Positions 55,115-64,000 of a stretch of 64,000 bases of DNA are shown in pieces (position 1 is the first letter of the stretch; the number at the start of each line of letters is the position of its first letter). Origin of the DNA: the human T2T-CHM13v2.0 reference genome, Homo sapiens; assembly GCF_009914755.1 (NCBI RefSeq), contig NC_060934.1; one strand, 5' to 3'. The translations under genes and the position numbers were made by a program. The notes beneath the pieces were generated by a model. The model was given only the letters and a program-made list of their open reading frames with translations. It ran no database searches and was not told the origin of the DNA.

Positions 55115-57988
55115 GATGATGAATTCTTAGGTTTGACCTTGGATTGTGTGTATCCAAAGTGAGGCAAAAGCCACCAGAAATGAGATCAAAGAACTGAGAG
55201 CCCAATGCCCTAAAACAGACTTTCCATGTAGACAGCAAATGCACAACGATTACAAGAAGAACTGATGTAGAGTGGAGGGCCTCAAGCCAGAAATTTGAAT
55301 GAGGAGAAACTACTGGCAAGACAGGAGATGCAAGCAACAACAAAGTTTTGGGGTACCTGGGGCTTAAAAGAGCAGAGATCTTGGCAAATGAGAAGATACC
55401 AGTCCCACCCTCTTGCTCTGAGGTGCTGAAGTACGAGACAATAGACAAAATTTGAAAAAAAAAAAAAAAAGCTGCAAAGAAATGGTTTCCTGGAGGAAAG
55501 CATGAATGTCTTAAATATAACGGGCTTTCTGTTCAGTATTTCAGTATCTGGTAAATCTCATCATTAGAAGCAATACAGAAAATTAATATATTACCTTCAC
55601 AATACCCTCATTAGAACACAATTATAACAACCGAAAAGGCAATGTACTAACCCATGAGGACTCACTTAACTCATTACAATGGTTTAGTGAGCTATATTGA
55701 GCTTAAAACATATGCAGGAATGGAAATAAAAAAATGAACACCCTGAAAAATAAGATCTTCAGAGGTTTAGAAATGAAATGGGAGTGATGAATAGCTAGGA
55801 GCAAGGACATGGGAGTATACATGGTGCCAAGAGAGAAGGTATCATTTTACTAAACACATACTTCACCTTTTTCACATTTCATCTATTTTTAGCAGCTTAA
55901 AAGAAGCTTTTGTTTTTAGCTTAGACAGAAACTCTTAGGCTTTGGACCCATGTTCCAATTCTATACATCAAAAATTGTGAAAATTTCTAGAGGGAATGAT
56001 GGCAGGACTTCTCAGAAGGTTGGAAAATGGAGGGTGTGAGTTGAAGAACAGTGGTTAATGACAAAAATTGTAGATGAGATCCACCTGATCACAAATCATT
56101 TCTAAAACCATATTTGGGGATTTGGATAATTTATTTGCACTCCTAAACCTCTGTTTCTTCATCAATAACTGGGCATAATGATACTACTCAGGTTTCTTAT
56201 GAGAATTAGATGACGAAATACCGTGTTTGTCATGTAGGAAGGTATAATAAATTTTACACCTGCCTACATGACATATATGGTATAATTAATTTATAATTAA
56301 TAACTTGACTTTTATAACTAATTTACTGACAATTACTTATTGAGTACCTGCTATGTGTTAGGGTAAAGCAATTCAAGAACCTAACTGAACTCCTGATATT
56401 TGTGGCTTTTACATTCTAGCAGGTGTGCCATAATGAGTGATATTATTTATAACATCAAACACTAGGAGAATCACAAAGAGCTGACTCCACCTCGAGTTTG
56501 CCTTCTAGAAACAGAAAAATAGCATGAATCCTAATTTTCACAAAGTAGATGAAGATATTCAATTTGATACTTTAAGAACTTTCCAAATGAACTAATTTGA
56601 AAGGAAAACGAAAAGAGAGGATTGAAAGAATTGTCATTCCCTGTTCAAATATTTAATCTTGTCAAGTTCTCTTTAAATTTGAGTGGAGGCAAATTCCTGA
56701 AGATCAAGCACCTGGCCTATGAAAATGTATTAAATATGTTTTGATGATAATTTCAGTGATCATAGAAGGCATTTCCAAATGGAATCCATTACACTGCTTC
56801 AAGTATTATTACAATGAGTTCTAGTTCTTTCACTAGGTTAATAGATTAATAAGTTTTATTATCTTGCTTGTAGAAAGCATTGAAAATTCCCAAGGAAGAA
56901 AAAATAAGTTCAAACAAGTAACCAGAAAAATAAAAGAGAAAAAGGATAATTCACTTCTCTATTGTAATTTATGTGTTTCTTGTATGTGGGATTAGACCCA
57001 GCAAAGCTAAAAGAGGCAACTAAAAGCTCAGCCCCAGTGCTAATTTTGTATCCTTGAGGAAATCACATACCCTTTCAAGTTTTAATTATTCATCTGCAAA
57101 TCCAAGATTATAAAATGACCTCATATTCTAGTTGACAATGTTTTTATATCAATATTTTATTTCTTTACTTTTTCCTCATACTGTGCCTTGCTTCTCCTTT
57201 ATATGTAAAGTTTACATATCAATTTATACATGCATATATATAATTTTTCTATCAATTTCAGGAGTGGATAAAGGATGTCTTTGACCCAAATTCTTGCCAA
57301 ATCTCCTTCCAAGAGAAGTATTGCCTATTATACTCCAAATGTACAATACCATAGCATTAGTTTAGTAAAAAACAATATGTCTTGTTTCTCCTTTATTTTT
57401 CTTGATGTTTTCATAATTTTAATAAAAAACACTTAACCAAAGTGCTGAGGCTGTGTTTACAATAAGGTATTTTTAAATTTTATCTCTCCTCTACCAACAC
57501 ATACACATAAATTTAGGAGGAAAATAAGATTAGGTAGCATCAATTTGGTGCTAATGAAAATGAAACCAGCATTGATATTTTCTAAATCTAATAATGCATG
57601 CATTTTGAATAGTTTTCTTTGACTCATTTCCCCTGAAGGTGAATTCAGATTCTTTAGGCATTTTCCCAAAAATAGTTTTTAACTCTCTGCCTTGTAGTGA
57701 AATTTTCCAAATTGAAAAGCCATGTAGAATACACTGCGAACAATTTTACAGCCTTCATTAATATATAAGTCAATGTCTAGGTCACAGCTTCTATTAGGTA
57801 GCCTTATCTTTATCGTTTTCCCCAACTTCAGATTCTGGTAATTGCATGACTTACCCTACCCTCTCTGTGTTTAAATCCTAGATTAAAGGAGGAAAACAGG
57901 GTCCTGTGAACACTAGCCTCAGGTGCTGACAGCATCATCCTTTGTAGCAGTCCCTGCACCTTATCCTTACTTAGTAAATAATCCTTTA

Positions 57989-59416
<1,428 letters not shown>

Positions 59417-60146
59417 AAACTGAAATTGGCCTGTTTTATTATTTCTTGTCAGTTCTTTGATTTAATAAACCAGATAAAATCTCATTATAACTAATTCCTA
59501 ATATTAGCCAAGTTATTTTATTAAAAATAACTAAGACAGAAAAAAATTGGCTTCAATATTTGGTTATAATTTTAGAATATGAGATTACAAAGAAATTGTA
59601 TTGTACTCATGATGTTGGTAACAGGGTTTAACAATATATCTTGGGAAATAAAATATTTCCATCTATATCAGAACGATATCTAGATGCTTGTGTTTCTCTT
59701 AATCTTTTAAAGCTTCTTTTTAAATGTCTTGTTCTACTGGGCTTACTCTACAGTGCAGGTAGATTTATTGAAAATTCCTAATTTTCAATATATGAAAGAA
59801 AAAAGCAAAGAAAAGAAATATCAGAACAAAACAGGTATTTAGTAATAAACAAGTCAACTGCTTTCTTAAAACTAGAGTTGTAAATTAGTTCTCAGACACT
59901 TCCACATAAGAGTCACATGACACTTACTAATTTTAACAGAAGGCTAGCCCTGAAGCAGTGACACATGTTTTTGTGCCATATTTAATTCCACACAACATTG
60001 ATTTTAATGGGAATTGCTAGGGAGTAACTACAGTTTTGCCCATGGTCATCAAAGTCACTACAACATGTCTTCAGGAACTAGATAGTCAATTCATCGCCCT
60101 GGCCAATGGCCAATTTGTAAGTTAGATACATATCTTTTACCTTGTT

Positions 60147-60270
60147 ATTAAACAAACAAACAAACAAACAAGCTCTATTCTTCTAAGTGAGTTGGTTACA
60201 TTTAAATTATCATTTATCTATGTATGTATGTATGTATCCATCTATCTATCTACCTACCTATCTATCTATA
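60147..60270 (+). repeat. (AAAC)n and (TATG)/(TATC)n microsatellites
   Basis: aaacaaacaaac...; tatgtatgtatg...tctatctatc. Confidence 0.85.
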
Positions 60271-61138
60271 TCTTTTGCTGATGTAGAACTGCTGCTTTTC
60301 CAGTTGTATCCAAGTAAAGTTCCATATCAATGCAATGATCCCTTTTGTACAGTTATTAAGGATAAGTTTTCTATAAAAATTAGCATTGGATATGTAGACT
60401 ACTCATGTAGTTAGCGATTTAAGTTAAGACCAGACTTGGAGAAATAAATATTAAGTCAGAATGAAAATCACTGATCAGCTGACATCCTTCTTTAAAAGTG
60501 AGAATATTTCCCACAGAATACTAATCATTTAAAGACAACTTGCTGTAAATGAAAGACAAAGATGAATAAAGCCAAACACTGGTATGCTGCAGGGCAAGAT
60601 CTTTGTATATATTCTATCCGGCATTTGTTTTTGAAAATTATCTTTATTCATGTCATGAAATTATCAAAGAAAAGAGTGATAAAGGATCTCTGGGTTATGA
60701 CAGCACTTCTCCTGCGATTTTTTTAAATGTAAGGAATTCAGTCAGACTCAGTCAGTCTAAAAAGATGCAAATTCTTGGGAATTGTATCCAGATCTGATAA
60801 AACTTTGGACACTGGTTAACACAGTATGGTCCACGTCACTGACTCTCACAGTTACAGTGTAGTAATACATCAGATTATTTGCCAAAAATGTCCAGTGATG
60901 TTTGTTCCATTAGTACTCAAAGTAAAAGAGTGCATCTATTCTCTCAAGTAATATTGAATGTACAGTGTGTTTCAGACATTTGTGAAAAAAATACATTGGT
61001 AGTTCCGCTCTTGAGGAGTACGCAATCTGTTAAAGACCACCAAGTTATTTTTTTTACTGGAAGTCTTTATGCAAAGATGGAGAAAAATGTCTACATTGAT
61101 GGCTGAACACCTAGGGGATTGAGGTGTAGTGAAGATAA

Positions 61139-61489
<351 letters not shown>

Positions 61490-61940
61490 GAAAATTTTAA
61501 TTTCTTGACCCATATTCTTCAGTTTCCTCTAAACTATGCTTTCAAGAATAATGTAAATGCAAGTTAAAAATGTAGTGTCCAACTGTTCTCACATTAAGAA
61601 ATCAGGGTTACATTTGGTGAGAATACAAAAAAGGAAAAAAAAATAAGTCAAGATTAATTGATCATATTAATTTCATGGTATCACTCCACGAAAACCCAGA
61701 ATAATTAAATTAAAAACAAAAGTTCAAGGCAAAGCATTGCTACAAAAATTTCTTATAATAATTAATTTACTGGTTATGCCCCTTACAGGAGTCAGGAAAC
61801 AGGTTAGATTCCTTACCCAGCGTGCCCACTAATAGTCCCTTTATAAAACCATCTCCTGGAGGCACTAGTCCTCCCTCAGAAGAACAGTAGGTGAAGGAGT
61901 TCTCTGGTTTCTGGCCTTGAGGCCAGTTCCTGTTTAAGCC

Positions 61941-61952
61941 TAAATAAATGAA

Positions 61953-61983
<31 letters not shown>

Positions 61984-61985
61984 AT
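61941..61985 (+). repeat. (TAAA)n microsatellite
   Basis: taaataaatgaataaataaa... run. Confidence 0.9.
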
Positions 61986-62859
61986 ATATATTCCTCTTCC
62001 AAGAGGCATCTGGCAGTTCCCCTTATCCCTGATGAGTCCTTCTTAAGACCATGTCGAATTAAGTTAAATGAATCGAAAGTAAATTAGGATTAAATTGTAT
62101 AATATTGATTCATACATTGCCTTGGATGATTTATATACATTTGGAAAGTTTAATACTTTATCACAATGGTTAAGTTTTAATGCAAAATAAAATTATCTAT
62201 GTAGTGTTTTAAAATGTTGATTAGCCTACTCCTTAGCCTTTTTGAAGTACTTTTTAAATTTCTGGTGTAAATTCTGGCATGTAGTTCTTTAAAAAAATCC
62301 TGCAGGAAGTTTTTGTGCCTTTCAAAGTTTGAGGGCCCCTAATCTTGGGCATACAAATCAGTCTTTCTTCTGATTAATGTGGCATTGTCCATCATTTTTA
62401 TAAATATGAGTCTCAAACCCTTGATTGATAAAGAAAATGCTCATTATAACATTGTGACATTTGGAAAAATTTAATATTTTGTATTTTTAATATAAATTAA
62501 TTCTTTCATAACTATTAACCTTATAGGAAAACACTAGAGAGAATGATTTTAGCAGATTTTTGTAAGAACTCATCTCCTAAGGTTTAAGAAATACCTACAT
62601 GGTTTAAAATAGTAATTATAAACATAGTAATTTTAAAATAAGATACTATTTTGTTTAGGTCTTCCAAGTCAGTTAGCTGGTGTCAGTTTTATGGTCAGAA
62701 TGACAAAAATATATAATAAAAATGTGCAGCTCATTTAGCTGTTGAAGGCTAATGAACAATTAAAGCATTCCATAAGAACTTAATCTCACCCATTTTTTAG
62801 TCCTATTTAAATCTGCTCCTCCTTTCCACAAAGTTGGAATGGCATAAATTATTTAAGTC

Positions 62860-64000
62860 ATATACAAAGGGAACCCAATCAGGCTGGCAGAAGACTTCTC
62901 AGTAGAAATCTTGCAAGCCAGAAGGGATTAGGGGCTTATTTTCAACACTCTAAAAGAACTTAAACTAATAATTTCATATTCCTCCAAACTTAGCTTTGTA
63001 AGGAAGGGATAAATAAAGTATTTTCTAGACAAGCAACTGACAAGGGAATTTGTAATCACTAGACCAGCTTTACAAGGCAACCTCAGCGGAGTCCTAAACA
63101 TGGAAAAAAAGGACAATTTCTGCCACCACGAGAACACAATTAAATACATAGTCTGCAGACCCTATAAAGCAACCATATAATAGAAACTACAAAGCAACCA
63201 GCTAGCAATTTCACAATGGGATCAAAACCTCACATATAAATATTAACCTTGAATTTACATGGTCCAAACACCCCACTTAGAAGGCACAGACTTGCAAGTT
63301 GTATAAAACCCAAAGACTCATCCATCTGCTGTCTTCAAGAGACAGAACTCCCATGTAACAACACCCATAGTTCAAGGTAAAGGGTTGGAGAAAGATGTAT
63401 CATGCAAATGAAAAACAAAAAAGAACAACAGTCACTTGTGTTAGATAAGACAGAATTTAAACCAATAATAATAAAAAAGGATAAAGAATGTCATTAAATA
63501 ATGACAAAGGGTTCAACTCAACAAGTAGACTTAACTATCTTAAATATGCACACACTCAATATTGGAGCACCCAATTCATAAAACAAATACTTCAAAACCT
63601 ATAAAAAGACTTAGGCACAAAACAATAATGGGAGACCTCAACACATCAATGACAGCATTAGAGAGATCATCAATGCAAAATAACAAAATAATCCTGGACT
63701 TAAATTTGACACTTCACCAGTTGGACCTAGTAGACGTTACAGAGCACTCTACCCATCAACCACAGAATATACATTCCTCTCATCTGCACACAGAACATAC
63801 TCTAAGGGTGACCACATGCTCAGCCATAAAGCAAGTCTCAATAAACACAAAAAATTAAAATCATATCAACCATACTCTTGAACCACAGTAGATTAAAACC
63901 AGAAACCAATACTAAGAACATCTCCCAAAACCACACAATGACATGCAAATTAAACAACTTGCTCCTGAAGGACTTTCGGATAAACAACGATATTAAGGAA
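62860..64000 (+). mobile_element. Old L1 (L1PA13-16/L1PB/L1MA-like): ORF1 3' part and ORF2 endonuclease region, continuing past the window end
   Basis: gacttctcagtagaaatcttgcaagccagaagg (ORF1), then EN-domain sequence homologous to 1300-2100 and 23261-24050. Confidence 0.9.

Overview
AT-rich primate (human-like) genomic DNA lying entirely inside the protocadherin-15 gene (PCDH15), which is transcribed on the minus strand. Only 81 nt are recognisably coding: the 66-nt exon encoding (D)[21 protein letters not shown](G) at 11923-11988 and the 15-nt alternative microexon encoding (D)WQYE at 12499-12513. Neither appears in the ORF track. The rest is intron filled with transposable elements: a near full-length dead L1PA, two 5'-inverted (twin-primed) L1s, older L1M/L2/MIR fragments, about ten Alus, MER6A, MER96B, MSTA and LTR1-type solo LTRs, and a very old two-LTR ERV1-class provirus with relic gag-pro-pol motifs. 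I find no evidence of a new multi-gene system. The best leads are two unannotated-looking cassette-exon candidates in the PCDH15 upstream intron (a 16-nt frameshifting microexon at 35585-35600 and a 123-nt in-frame phase-1/1 exon at 61817-61939), the distinctive splice-regulatory architecture of the DWQYE microexon, and several local DNA-rearrangement scars. Repeat subfamily names come from recalled consensus features and were not verified with RepeatMasker.
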